Assembly: GCA_044235825.1 (NCBI GenBank)
Contig: JBIIHL010000020.1
Location: 4,494 to 28,493 of the forward strand
Direction of reading: 5' to 3'
Source of the DNA: Alphaproteobacteria bacterium
Lineage (GTDB): Bacteria > Pseudomonadota > Alphaproteobacteria > JAJTHO01 > CANGYM01
DNA length: 24,000 nucleotides
Notes under the pieces: model-generated
What the model was told of the DNA's origin: nothing
The model's database searches: none
Seen by the model: only the letters and a program-made list of their open reading frames with translations
Translations under genes and position numbers: made by a program
In this document: positions 1 through 8,669 of the stretch, piece by piece
How positions within the stretch are numbered: the stretch's first letter is position 1
Layout: each line of letters opens with the position of its first letter

Positions 1-1
1 T

Positions 2-814
2 ATCGAAGTCGGACGCGGCACCCTGCGCCCCCACTGCGTCATGGCTCTGAGCCCCAGCGGAGAGCCCATCACCCTCACCGGTGAAGCCACCACCGATCCG
101 GCTTTTGGTTTACCGGCCATGTGGATTACCCAATCCGAAAGAGATGCCGCCACCCTCAAGGGCTACACGGTCGTTGAGCCCTCTGCCGTGCTGATGACCC
201 ATTTAACCGAAGTTGTCAAAGACCACATGCCGGACCTGCTTTCCTACGGCGAAACCCAAAAACTGCTGGATCAGATTCGGGAAGATCACAAAAAACTAAT
301 CGAGGACATCATTCCCGAAAAACTTTCCGTCACCATTTTGCAGCGGATTCTTCAGGCCCTGCTGAAAGAGCGCGTCAGCATTCGCGACCTGCCTGCCATT
401 TTAGAGGCGCTGGCCGAAGTGGCAGGACAGACCCGCAACATTGTGCTGCTGGTGGAACACGTGCGGCAGGCCCTTTCCCGAACCCTTTGCCAGGCCCACA
501 TCCAAGAGGATGGCACGTTATCCATCGTCGCCGTAGGGCCCCAGTGGGAGCAATCCTTCGAAGAAAGCCTAGTCGGCCAAGGCGATATGCGCACGCTGGG
601 CATGGCCCCCAGCCAGATGCAAAAATTTGTCAAAGTGGTCAATGAAACATTCGAAGATCAAATGCGCAAAGGCAACTATGCGGTCCTGATGACCTCTGCC
701 GGTATCCGGCCCTATGTGCGGATGGTGTTGGAACGCCTCAGCCCCTCAACCCCCGTGCTCTCTCAATTTGAAATCCATCCCAAAGTCAAAATCCGAACCG
801 TTGCCCAGATTTAA
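2..814 (+). CDS. flhA: Flagellar type III export protein FlhA, C-terminal portion (5' end lies upstream of the window)
   Basis: The frame is open from base 2 (IEVGRGTLRPHCV precedes the first ATG at 41). The translation DPAFGLPAMWI...GYTVVEPSAVLMTHLTEV...LLSYGETQKLLD and the C-terminal VLSQFEIHPKVKIRTVAQI match the conserved cytoplasmic FlhA domain. Stop TAA at 812-814. Confidence 0.9.
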   Translation: MEVGRGTLRPHCVMALSPSGEPITLTGEATTDPAFGLPAMWITQSERDAATLKGYTVVEPSAVLMTHLTEVVKDHMPDLLSYGETQKLLDQIREDHKKLIEDIIPEKLSVTILQRILQALLKERVSIRDLPAILEALAEVAGQTRNIVLLVEHVRQALSRTLCQAHIQEDGTLSIVAVGPQWEQSFEESLVGQGDMRTLGMAPSQMQKFVKVVNETFEDQMRKGNYAVLMTSAGIRPYVRMVLERLSPSTPVLSQFEIHPKVKIRTVAQI

Positions 815-834
815 TTTAAAATTCATTTTGAACT

Positions 835-862
835 TGATTTTCCTGAAAAATACATGTATAGT
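835..862 (+). promoter_or_regulatory. Candidate sigma70-type promoter (TTGATT-16 nt-TATAGT)
   Basis: TTGATT at 835-840 and TATAGT at 857-862 with a 16-nt spacer, in the AT-rich 246-bp gap after flhA. Sequence pattern only. Confidence 0.35.
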
Positions 863-882
863 CTTTGCTATTCTAAGATTGC

Positions 883-1045
883 TATAGTGTTTTCAATTTA
901 TTTTCGTGACTAAAGCCGAGAACAAGCCTAGCGGAGCGATGCCGAGTGAATCTCGGTGAGCGACGCTAGGCGCCGTTCGCAGGCCAGTACGGGAATAAAG
1001 TGGAAACACTATACAATCTTTCCCCCTAACCTTCGGGTTTTTTAT
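883..1045 (+). ncRNA. Candidate structured 5' leader or small RNA upstream of the orphan CDS at 1061
   Basis: Perfect 10-bp long-range inverted repeat, TATAGTGTTT (883-892) with AAACACTATA (1004-1013). It encloses a two-tier hairpin: outer stem GCCTAGCG 926-933 with CGCTAGGC 964-971, inner stem GCCGAG 941-946 with CTCGGT 952-957. An AACC-UUCG-GGUU hairpin (1028-1039) followed by a T-run sits just before the RBS. I cannot match it to any named RNA family. Confidence 0.3.
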
Positions 1046-1060
1046 CAGGAGATCTTATTT

Positions 1061-1837
1061 ATGAATCTACAAGACGATACCCATTTTGACGAAATCCCTT
1101 CAACCCCTATTGCTGAAGACACTTCATCATCCCCTACCCCCGCCCCCACAGAAACGCCGGCCAAAACCAAGCGGATCATGCGTTCTGACAATCCCATCGT
1201 TCAGGCCTGTTTGGGGGAATTGTTTCGATTTTCCTCCCCCAGTCAGATTGATACCCGCCTGCGCAGCCTTCGCCGTCAATTTATCTGTGTTGATGGGGAT
1301 GAACATGACAGCCTGATCCTGTGGGTCCACGGTTTTCAAATCACCAGCAACGAAGACACGCAGGGCTTTGTTGGGCATTTTGCCTGCATTTCCGCAAAAT
1401 CCTTGCCCGATGGAGGGTTAACGCTGAGCATCACCAAGGTGCCCATGCCCCTTTCCGACCATCCCCAAAAAAAACGTCCCAAACAACCCCATCCCAACGG
1501 CGCCCACCCCATCATGCGGCGCATCAACAAAGGGTACATCTACCCCACCGAAGACGAAGCCCTGCACGATTTGGCCACTTTGCACGCCGAATTTCCCGAT
1601 GTTTCCATTCCTGCCAGTCCTGAAAAACTCTATATCATCCTGTATGATCGCAGCGACAAAACCCGGGGCCCTGTGCGCAAAGTGGTTATGCGGGTCGTCC
1701 CTGTGGCGGACGAGAATGCCGATGAAAACACCCCTGCCCAAGGCTATAAAATTGTCATCAAAGACAACAACCGCCGCAGCGGCGGGGGAAAAGGCATCGC
1801 CGCCATGACGCTGGCAGGGGAACAAATGGGGCGGTAA
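1061..1837 (+). CDS. Hypothetical protein, 258 aa, no recognisable domain (acidic/Pro-Thr-rich N-terminus, basic patches)
   Basis: ATG at 1061 follows AGGAG (1047-1051) at 9-nt spacing. C-ending codon preference resembles the neighbouring genes. The track ORF starting at GTG 956 would read through the structured leader. I recognise no family motif. Confidence 0.65.
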   Translation: MNLQDDTHFDEIPSTPIAEDTSSSPTPAPTETPAKTKRIMRSDNPIVQACLGELFRFSSPSQIDTRLRSLRRQFICVDGDEHDSLILWVHGFQITSNEDTQGFVGHFACISAKSLPDGGLTLSITKVPMPLSDHPQKKRPKQPHPNGAHPIMRRINKGYIYPTEDEALHDLATLHAEFPDVSIPASPEKLYIILYDRSDKTRGPVRKVVMRVVPVADENADENTPAQGYKIVIKDNNRRSGGGKGIAAMTLAGEQMGR

Positions 1838-1852
1838 GCAGCAGGCTTAGAC

Positions 1853-2317
1853 TCAGGGCCCAAGGGACTCTAGAATCCCCTGCAAAACGTACGACGCGGC
1901 CAGTTGATCCACCACCTGCGCCCGCTTTTGACGGGACACATCGGCGTGGATCAGGCTGCGCTGCATGACAGAGGTGCTGAACCGCTCGTCCCAGAGCAAA
2001 ATTGGGCCGGTGTATCCGGCTTTGATGAAAAGATGCGCAAAGGCCTTGGTGGATTGGGCCATGGGGGTCACGCGCCCGTCCAGAGAAAGGGGCAAGCCCA
2101 CAACAACCCCCACCGCGGCGTGGGTTTTGGCGTAGGCCATCAGGGTATTTAGGCAAGCCGCTGTGGGGCTGCGGGCCACCTTGGTTTCAGGGGTGGCCAC
2201 CGTTTGCGTGGGATCGGACAGCGCCACACCAACCCACTTTGTGCCCACATCCAGCCCCATCAGGCGACCTTGCTGGGGCAGACGGTCTTTAAAATCCGAA
2301 AGAGTGGAGAAAATCAT
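1853..2317 (-). CDS. ruvX: Holliday junction resolvase-like protein RuvX/YqgF
   Basis: N-terminal GRLMGLDVGTKWVGVALSD and the overall ~155-aa length are typical of the YqgF/RuvX family. The track start at 2326 is GTG; the first ATG is at 2317, so the start is uncertain by 9 nt. Confidence 0.88.
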   Translation of the reverse strand: MIFSTLSDFKDRLPQQGRLMGLDVGTKWVGVALSDPTQTVATPETKVARSPTAACLNTLMAYAKTHAAVGVVVGLPLSLDGRVTPMAQSTKAFAHLFIKAGYTGPILLWDERFSTSVMQRSLIHADVSRQKRAQVVDQLAASYVLQGILESLGP

Positions 2318-2376
2318 GGGTTGCACCGCGGGCAGGTTTGGGGTATGGATAGAGACTCTTTCCTACCGTGTTTCGC

Positions 2377-2673
2377 ATGACCCTTCAACGTTCGGATATT
2401 CAGCGCCTTGCCAAAAAACTTGCCAAGATCCACTTGGATGATGCTGAGTGTGATGCCTTAACACTGGATATCCAGAAAATTATGGGCCTGATTGAACAAT
2501 TGGCCCCCGTTCATGTTGACGGCATCAGCCCCATGATTACCCCCCTATCCGAAATTCAGGCCCTGCGCCCTGATCAGGTCACTGATGGCAATCAGCAAGC
2601 CCAAGTGGTGGCCAACGCCCCGCAGGCCCGTCACGGATTTTTCGTGGTTCCCAAAGTTGTTTCCGCATCATGA
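2377..2673 (+). CDS. gatC: Asp-tRNA(Asn)/Glu-tRNA(Gln) amidotransferase subunit C
   Basis: ~98-aa protein reading LAKLHLDD..E...[18 protein letters not shown]. Its stop overlaps the gatA start (ATGA at 2670-2673). ATG at 2377; the track's 2368 start is GTG. Confidence 0.9.
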   Translation: MTLQRSDIQRLAKKLAKIHLDDAECDALTLDIQKIMGLIEQLAPVHVDGISPMITPLSEIQALRPDQVTDGNQQAQVVANAPQARHGFFVVPKVVSAS

Positions 2674-4112
2674 CTGATCTGACACATCTGACGTTAACGC
2701 AAGCCAAGGCCCTGCGCGTACGCGGTGAGGTTTCCGCCACCGATTTGGTGGATGCCTTTTCGGCGGCCATCGAAAAACAGCAGCCGGAATTGAATGCCTT
2801 CATCACCCTAACCCTAGAGCAGGCCCGTCAGCAGGCCGCTGCCATGGATGCCCAGAACAAACGGGATGGATTGCTGCCCGGCCTGCCCATTGGGGTTAAG
2901 GATTTGTTTTGCACCCAAGGGGTGAAAACCACGGCGGCATCGAACATTTTATCCTCTTTTGTCCCCCCCTATGAATCCACGGTAACCGCGAAGCTGTTTG
3001 CGCAGGGCGCTCTGATGCTGGGAAAAACAAATTTGGATGAATTTGCCATGGGTTCGGCCAACATCACATCGGCCTTTGGCCCTGTGAAAAACCCGAAAAA
3101 AGCCATTGGGGATACGACATTATGCCGCGTTCCCGGGGGATCCTCTGGGGGGTCCGCGGCGGCTGTGGCGGCGGATTTATGTTTGGCGGCCACCGGAACA
3201 GACACAGGGGGCAGCATCCGTCAACCCGCCGCCTTTTGCGGCATTGTGGGGATTAAACCCACCTATGGCCGCTGTTCACGGTATGGCATTGTGGCCTTTG
3301 CCTCCAGCTTGGATCAGGCTGGCCCCATGACAAAAACCGTGGCAGACGCCGCCCTGATGTTGCAGGCCATGGCCGGCCATGATCCCAAAGACAGCACATC
3401 CGTGCAGCGTCCTGTTCCCGATTGGTCCGCCGGTTTGGGGGACTCTGTGCAGGGAAAAGTCATTGGAATTCCCAAGGAATATGCCCCCGACGGCATTCAT
3501 CCCGATATTTTGGCATCATGGGAACGGGCCAAAACCATTTTGCGGGATGCGGGGTGTCGTTTGGTGGATGTATCGTTGCCCCACACGGCTTACGCCTTGC
3601 CGTGTTACTATATCATTGCGCCGGCGGAGGCCTCCAGCAACCTCGCCCGTTATGATGGCGTGCGCTATGGGGATCGGGAAGACGCCGAAACGCTAGAGGC
3701 CATGTATGCCGCCACCCGCTCCGCAGGATTCGGGGCAGAGGTCAAGCGTCGGATTTTGATGGGGACCTACGTCCTGTCCGCAGGATACTATGATGCCTAT
3801 TATAAACATGCCCAACGCGTCCGCCGTTTGATTTATAATGATTTTATTTCTGTTTTTGAGGGGGTTGATGCCCTTTTGGCCCCCACAGTGCCATCCAGCG
3901 CCTTTAAAATCGGGGAAAATCAATCGGACCCTGTGGCCATGTACCTGAATGATGTTTTAACGGTTCCCGCCAGCATGGCGGGGCTTCCTGCCCTATCGGT
4001 GCCGGCGGGGCTGGATAGCCAAGGCCTGCCGCTGGGATGGCAACTGATTGGGCGCCCGTTTGAAGAAGGCCCCCTTCTCACCCTCGCCCAACGTCTGGAA
4101 GAGGCTGTTTAG
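2670..4112 (+). CDS. gatA: Asp-tRNA(Asn)/Glu-tRNA(Gln) amidotransferase subunit A
   Basis: Amidase signature [13 protein letters not shown]...[15 protein letters not shown], 480 aa, immediately downstream of gatC. Confidence 0.95.
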   Translation: MTDLTHLTLTQAKALRVRGEVSATDLVDAFSAAIEKQQPELNAFITLTLEQARQQAAAMDAQNKRDGLLPGLPIGVKDLFCTQGVKTTAASNILSSFVPPYESTVTAKLFAQGALMLGKTNLDEFAMGSANITSAFGPVKNPKKAIGDTTLCRVPGGSSGGSAAAVAADLCLAATGTDTGGSIRQPAAFCGIVGIKPTYGRCSRYGIVAFASSLDQAGPMTKTVADAALMLQAMAGHDPKDSTSVQRPVPDWSAGLGDSVQGKVIGIPKEYAPDGIHPDILASWERAKTILRDAGCRLVDVSLPHTAYALPCYYIIAPAEASSNLARYDGVRYGDREDAETLEAMYAATRSAGFGAEVKRRILMGTYVLSAGYYDAYYKHAQRVRRLIYNDFISVFEGVDALLAPTVPSSAFKIGENQSDPVAMYLNDVLTVPASMAGLPALSVPAGLDSQGLPLGWQLIGRPFEEGPLLTLAQRLEEAV

Positions 4113-4201
4113 AATGACGCAAGCCATTTTTAACACTCCCATGCTATTTTTTTCTTTTAACCCAAGGATTCATCCTCTTATGACACAAAGGAACCCGGCC
4201 T

Positions 4202-4708
4202 GTGGCTGACGAACTGCGCATCAATCACCAAATCACCATCAGTCCCGTTCGGGTCATTGATGAAGAGGGTCAGGATATTGGGGTCTTGCCCCTGCAGGAT
4301 GCCTTGCGGAAAGCCGAGGCTGTGGGCCTAGATTTGGTGGAAGTTGCCCCCCAAGCCCGCCCCCCTGTGTGTAAATTTTTGAATTACGGCAAATTCCGCT
4401 ATGAACAGCAGAAAAAGAAAGCCGAGGCCAAGAAAAAGCAAAAAGTGGTGGAGCTGAAAGAAATTAAAATGCGCCCCCACATCGAGGACAATGATTTCCA
4501 AGTAAAACTCCGCAAAGCCAAAGAGTTTCTGGAAGAAGGCGACAAAGTCAAATTCACCGTTCGTTTTCGGGGTCGAGAGATCCAAAGACAGGATTTTGCT
4601 GTGGCGGTTTTGAATCGCTTTAAAGAAGAGCTGAAAGACCTAGCCACCATTGAGTCGGAATCCAAAATGGAAGGCCGACAAATGAGCATGATCATAGGTC
4701 CGGCCTAA
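4202..4708 (+). CDS. infC: Translation initiation factor IF-3
   Basis: RINHQI...VRVIDEEGQ..GV....AL..AE..GLDLVEV...A.PPVCKFLNYGKFRYEQQKK is the canonical IF-3 N-domain and linker. GTG start at 4202 has AAGGA about 10 nt upstream, and an in-frame TGA at 4181 limits any extension. Confidence 0.93.
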   Translation: MADELRINHQITISPVRVIDEEGQDIGVLPLQDALRKAEAVGLDLVEVAPQARPPVCKFLNYGKFRYEQQKKKAEAKKKQKVVELKEIKMRPHIEDNDFQVKLRKAKEFLEEGDKVKFTVRFRGREIQRQDFAVAVLNRFKEELKDLATIESESKMEGRQMSMIIGPA

Positions 4709-4709
4709 G

Positions 4710-5483
4710 ATGGGACGCTACGATGCTTTGATTTATGTGATGCAGCGGGCCGCCGATAAAGCCGCCCGTCGTTTGCAGCGGGATTTTGGGGAGGTTGAAA
4801 ACCTGCAACCCTCCCGCAAGGGTCCCGCCGATTTTGTCACCGTGGCCGATAAACGCACCCAAGCGTTGCTTTATGAAGAGCTGATGCATGCCCGTCCTGA
4901 TTATGGCTTTATTGGCGAAGAATCCGAACCCGATCCCCGCGACATCAACTGGATCGTGGATCCCATTGACGGCACAACCAATTTTATTCACGGCATCCCC
5001 CATTTTTGCATTTCCATCGCCGTAGAGGATCGCGGCCAGATTGTGGCGGGTCTGGTGCATGATCCCATTAAACAAGAGGTATTTTGGGCCAGCAAGGGCG
5101 GGGGCGCGTTTTGCAATCAACGCCGCCTGCGTGTGTCAACCCGTAATCATCTGATGGACTGCGTGATTGCCACAGGATGCCCCTTTGCCGGTCATGGTCA
5201 AACAGCCCCTTTTTTAAAAAGCCTGAACCAAATTATGGGCAAGGTGGCGGGGATTCGTCGTTTTGGATCAGCCGCGCTGGATTTATGCTATGTGGCGGCG
5301 GGGCGCTATGATGGGTATTTTGAGGATCACCTGAAATCTTGGGACATCGCCGCCGGCTTGCTGATGGTAACAGAGGCTGGCGGTCTGGTCACCGACTTTG
5401 GGGGCAAAGACACCATGCTGGATTCTGGCCAGATCGTGGCGGGCAACAGTACGGCCCATGCCTTCCTGCAAGAGAATGTCTGA
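4710..5483 (+). CDS. suhB: Inositol monophosphatase family protein (SuhB-like)
   Basis: WIVDPIDGTTNFIHGIPHFCISIA and the DFGEVENLQ and WDIAAG motifs are typical of the IMPase/SuhB family. It starts 1 nt after the infC stop. Confidence 0.9.
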   Translation: MGRYDALIYVMQRAADKAARRLQRDFGEVENLQPSRKGPADFVTVADKRTQALLYEELMHARPDYGFIGEESEPDPRDINWIVDPIDGTTNFIHGIPHFCISIAVEDRGQIVAGLVHDPIKQEVFWASKGGGAFCNQRRLRVSTRNHLMDCVIATGCPFAGHGQTAPFLKSLNQIMGKVAGIRRFGSAALDLCYVAAGRYDGYFEDHLKSWDIAAGLLMVTEAGGLVTDFGGKDTMLDSGQIVAGNSTAHAFLQENV

Positions 5484-5498
5484 GCGGGCTTTACCCCC

Positions 5499-6572
5499 TC
5501 ACCCCACCCACCGCGCCAACGTTGGCTTTAAACTGGTCAGCAGTTCATAGGGAATGGTCCCCGCACTGTGGGCGGCGGCGATGATGCCCCCTTGTTCAGG
5601 GGCGTAAAAGATAACCTCGTTGGCCTCTGATACCACAGACTCCGGAACATCTGTCCCGTCCAACGTGGTGACATCCATGGAAACGCGGCCCACAACGGGC
5701 AAAGGAAACACAGACCCATCTTTGGCTCTGATGATGGCCTGCCCCACGTTGGAAAAGGACCGCAAATACCCATCCGCATACCCAAACCCCACGGTCATGA
5801 TCTGACGGGGACGGGGGGCGATGTAGCTGGCCCCGTACCCAACACTCTCGCCGGCGGCGATGACGCGGACCTCTAAAATGGGGGCATGAACTTCCGCCAC
5901 AGGACGCACATCAGGGTGCGCCATCCCTCCATAAAGGGCAATCCCTATACGAACAAATGTCCCATGATAAGACGGCCCCAGAAGTACCCCATGACTGGCC
6001 GCAATGCTGGTGGGAACGCCTGGAAAAAATCGCGTGATGGCCGCAAAAACCTCTTTTTGCTGAACGTTCAGGGGATGATCCGGCACATCCGCCGCCGCCA
6101 GATGCGTCATGATATGATGCAAACGCTTGGGGTCCAAACGGGAAACCTCCTCCGCCAGCGCGGGGGATAAACCACAGCGATGCATCCCCGTGTCCCACTC
6201 CACCACGGCGGGCCCACGATCCTCGGAAAACCAAGAGGATAACGCCTGCGACGTTTTTAACACCGGAATGATGCCGTGCTGCTGATAAACCGGCATTTCT
6301 TCTGCCAAATACCCATGAAACACCACAATCTCTGGGGTCAAAAACCCATGGTCCTGCAGCAGACGCCGCACCGCAACCCCCTCATCCAAACTGGCCACGT
6401 AAAAAAGAGAGCACCCCGCCCCCGCCAAAAGCGGCACCACGGGCGTCAAACCCAAACCGTAGGCATCCGCCTTCACCACAGCCCCGCACTGGGATGCGGG
6501 GGCTATGGCCTGCATGATACGATAATTATGAATCACAGACTCTGTATCAAGATAAACACGGGGCAGCCGCAT
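5499..6572 (-). CDS. alr: Alanine racemase
   Basis: PLP-lysine motif AVVKADAYGLG near the N-terminus, 357 aa, with a C-terminal ...IPYELLTSL... typical of Alr. Confidence 0.9.
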   Translation of the reverse strand: MRLPRVYLDTESVIHNYRIMQAIAPASQCGAVVKADAYGLGLTPVVPLLAGAGCSLFYVASLDEGVAVRRLLQDHGFLTPEIVVFHGYLAEEMPVYQQHGIIPVLKTSQALSSWFSEDRGPAVVEWDTGMHRCGLSPALAEEVSRLDPKRLHHIMTHLAAADVPDHPLNVQQKEVFAAITRFFPGVPTSIAASHGVLLGPSYHGTFVRIGIALYGGMAHPDVRPVAEVHAPILEVRVIAAGESVGYGASYIAPRPRQIMTVGFGYADGYLRSFSNVGQAIIRAKDGSVFPLPVVGRVSMDVTTLDGTDVPESVVSEANEVIFYAPEQGGIIAAAHSAGTIPYELLTSLKPTLARWVG

Positions 6573-6584
6573 GATGAGATCCTT

Positions 6585-6857
6585 TTAAGAAGCCCCCACC
6601 GTTTGCAAACGATCAAACAGCTTGATCGTATACTCCATCAACGTGGTGAGCATAAACGGAAACAGGAACACCAAGGCCGTGAACACAGACAGAATTTTGG
6701 GAATAAACGACAACGTCATTTCCTGAATCTGGGTCAGGGCCTGAAACAGCGACACCACCAGACCCACAATCAAAGCCACCAACAAAATGGGCAGGGATAG
6801 CTTGATGGTGACCCACAGAGCCTCGCGCATAATGTCGGTCACTTCGGTCACGGTCAT
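6585..6857 (-). CDS. fliQ: Flagellar biosynthetic protein FliQ
   Basis: The 90-aa membrane protein is near-collinear with FliQ: LPILLVALIVGLVVSLFQALTQIQEMTLSFIPKILSVF. Confidence 0.9.
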   Translation of the reverse strand: MTVTEVTDIMREALWVTIKLSLPILLVALIVGLVVSLFQALTQIQEMTLSFIPKILSVFTALVFLFPFMLTTLMEYTIKLFDRLQTVGAS

Positions 6858-6911
6858 GGTGGGCTTCCCCTAAAAAAGGTTTATGACGATGCGATCAACG
6901 AAACAGCCCTG

Positions 6912-7343
6912 TTAAGATGCGGCCTTGGTTTGCCGGCTTTGCTCTTGCCGTTGATGATACAAAGCAGCAAAATCAATGGGCTGAATAAAAACAGGGGGAA
7001 ACCCACAATGCAACGTGGCATCCACCAAAATCTGGCGCGTAAAGGGAAACAGATAACGGGGGGCCTCAATAAACAAAATCGGATGCTCCGGATCATTCAG
7101 GGCAGGGGCAAAATGAAAAACCCCCGCATACAGGGTATCCATGATGCAGATGGTCTGGTTCGCATCATCCATCATTTGCAGCGTCAGGCGCAGGGCCACT
7201 TCATGATGCTCCGCATCCAACGCTTGGGCCAAAACATCCCCCTGAATGGTCACTTGGGGCTGGGCCTTCAAGGCACTGAAAATATGGGGGGCCTTGGGAT
7301 TTTCCACAGAAAAATCTTTCAGGTACTGGGTTTTAATGGTCAT
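6912..7343 (-). CDS. secB: Protein-export chaperone SecB
   Basis: YLKDFSVENPKAPHIF...EVALRLT...LFIEAPRYLFPFTRQILVDATLHCGFPPVFIQPIDFAALY matches the SecB family. ATG at 7343. An in-frame GTG at 7364 sits 4 nt after GGAGG and is an alternative start. The track's 7457 start is GTG and improbable. Confidence 0.85.
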   Translation of the reverse strand: MTIKTQYLKDFSVENPKAPHIFSALKAQPQVTIQGDVLAQALDAEHHEVALRLTLQMMDDANQTICIMDTLYAGVFHFAPALNDPEHPILFIEAPRYLFPFTRQILVDATLHCGFPPVFIQPIDFAALYHQRQEQSRQTKAAS

Positions 7344-7395
7344 TTGAAAAGACGGAACAGTCACGAGACCTCCAAAAGGGCTAAACAGAAAGACC

Positions 7396-8496
7396 CTATT
7401 TTGAAAGAAATAAAGCCAAAAGGGAATCTTTAATTTGCCCCAAACGAGATAATCCACGATGGATCATGGGCCCCTGATCCAAAATATCTTGATAAAGCCG
7501 ATGATATTGGGCCACCGTAGAGTCCACGGTATAATCTTGCTTGTAATGATGAAAGCCATTGGCAACCAAGGACGCCCGCAAAACATCATCGGCCAAGATA
7601 CGACGAATGGCCTCAGCAAAAGCATCAATATCATCAATGGGCACCAAAAGGGCATCCACCATGTCTTGGGCCGTGGCACGGGGTCCGGCCGCCCGCGTCG
7701 CCACCAGAGGGATTTGGTGGGCCCATGCCTCGATCATCACCAACCCAAAGGGCTCGTAGCGCGAGGGAAGAACACAAACATCCGCCGTCGCATAAAGATC
7801 TGCCTGATCCTCGTGCCATCCCAAAAACCGCACACGATCAAAAACCCCTATGGATTTTGCAAAATTTTCTAAATCGGCTCTTTGTTCACCATCACCGGCC
7901 AACCAAAAATAGGCCTCTGGAATCTGCGCCAGCACCTGAATGACCGCATCAAAAGACTTATGCCAATGCAATCGCCCCAAACCCAAAATCACGGGGGCAT
8001 CCTGCGGGGTGTGATACGTGGATTTGGGCAACCGCTTACCCACCTTGGCCTCTGCAAAAGGCCGAACTTGGTGAATCCGCTCCGAAGGCCACCCTTGGGC
8101 CACAATCGATGACACAATGCCTTTGGTCAACGCGCACAAATGATCGCAATACCGGTAATCCTCCAAATGATGATACCCCCTTAGCCAGCCCAAACGGATA
8201 TAATCCCCCACCGGCATCATACGGCTGGCCTGAAACATCCAACTTTGCACAATATCGGGTGCAAAATTTTTGGCGTCTTGTTTTAAAATATCCTTGGTTT
8301 TTGCATCCAGAAATCCCTGAAACGGGGCCTCGGTCACCGTAACCCCTGCGGCCCTGAGCATCGCCATACGATGGGGATGCGGGCGCATCACAACATGCTG
8401 GTCCAAACCGCTTTGATGCAAAGCGCAAACCAAACGCACAAAGTGGCTCTCTGCCCCCCCAAACGTCTCCCCACCAATGGCATGCATGATTTTCAT
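7396..8496 (-). CDS. Glycosyltransferase family 4 (GT-B fold, group 1)
   Basis: N-terminal MKIMHAIGGETFGGAE and C-terminal ...ADVCVLPSRYEPFGLVMIEAWAHQIPLVATRAAG... (E-x7-E region) are typical of GT4 enzymes. The track start at 8505 is TTG; the first ATG is at 8496. Confidence 0.85.
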   Translation of the reverse strand: MKIMHAIGGETFGGAESHFVRLVCALHQSGLDQHVVMRPHPHRMAMLRAAGVTVTEAPFQGFLDAKTKDILKQDAKNFAPDIVQSWMFQASRMMPVGDYIRLGWLRGYHHLEDYRYCDHLCALTKGIVSSIVAQGWPSERIHQVRPFAEAKVGKRLPKSTYHTPQDAPVILGLGRLHWHKSFDAVIQVLAQIPEAYFWLAGDGEQRADLENFAKSIGVFDRVRFLGWHEDQADLYATADVCVLPSRYEPFGLVMIEAWAHQIPLVATRAAGPRATAQDMVDALLVPIDDIDAFAEAIRRILADDVLRASLVANGFHHYKQDYTVDSTVAQYHRLYQDILDQGPMIHRGLSRLGQIKDSLLALFLSK

Positions 8497-8669
8497 GGGA
8501 TTCAACTTTTGATTGTTTTTTAAAGGTCACCTAAACAGGGTGAATATGCAGCAAAAACCACCGATGTGCAACAGGATAATCCCCTGATTTTGAAAAGCAA
8601 AAACAACCTATGGTTGAATTTTGGGCACTGTCCTTTTTATGCTTTAAAAAATGATCGAAAAATTCTGCG

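Noticed and set aside
811-825. TTAA-N7-TTCA, a near match to the alphaproteobacterial CtrA box (TTAA-N7-TTAA), just upstream of the candidate promoter
   Set aside because: It has one mismatch in a very AT-rich stretch that overlaps the flhA stop codon. That is too weak to call without conservation data.
956-1060. GTG-initiated 35-codon N-terminal extension of the orphan CDS (track ORF 956-1837)
   Set aside because: It would translate straight through the hairpins of the structured leader, and it lacks an RBS. The ATG at 1061 has AGGAG at ideal spacing.
4114-4209. 31-codon upstream ORF (MTQAIFNTPMLFFSFNPRIHPLMTQRNPACG) ending 8 nt inside infC
   Set aside because: It is tempting as a leader peptide coupled to the infC start. 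But I see no Shine-Dalgarno sequence, I cannot assess conservation, and the size is within chance expectation.
4752-4852. Two GCCGATAA matches (4752-4759 and 4845-4852) to the sigma-28 flagellar -10 consensus
   Set aside because: Both lie inside the IMPase coding sequence, and neither has a TAAA -35 element at the required ~15-nt spacing.
6276-7872. Plus-strand ORFs 6276-6800, 6930-7433 and 7459-7872
   Set aside because: They are antisense to alr/fliQ, secB and the glycosyltransferase respectively. Their low-complexity basic, His/Gln/Arg-rich translations carry no recognisable motifs.
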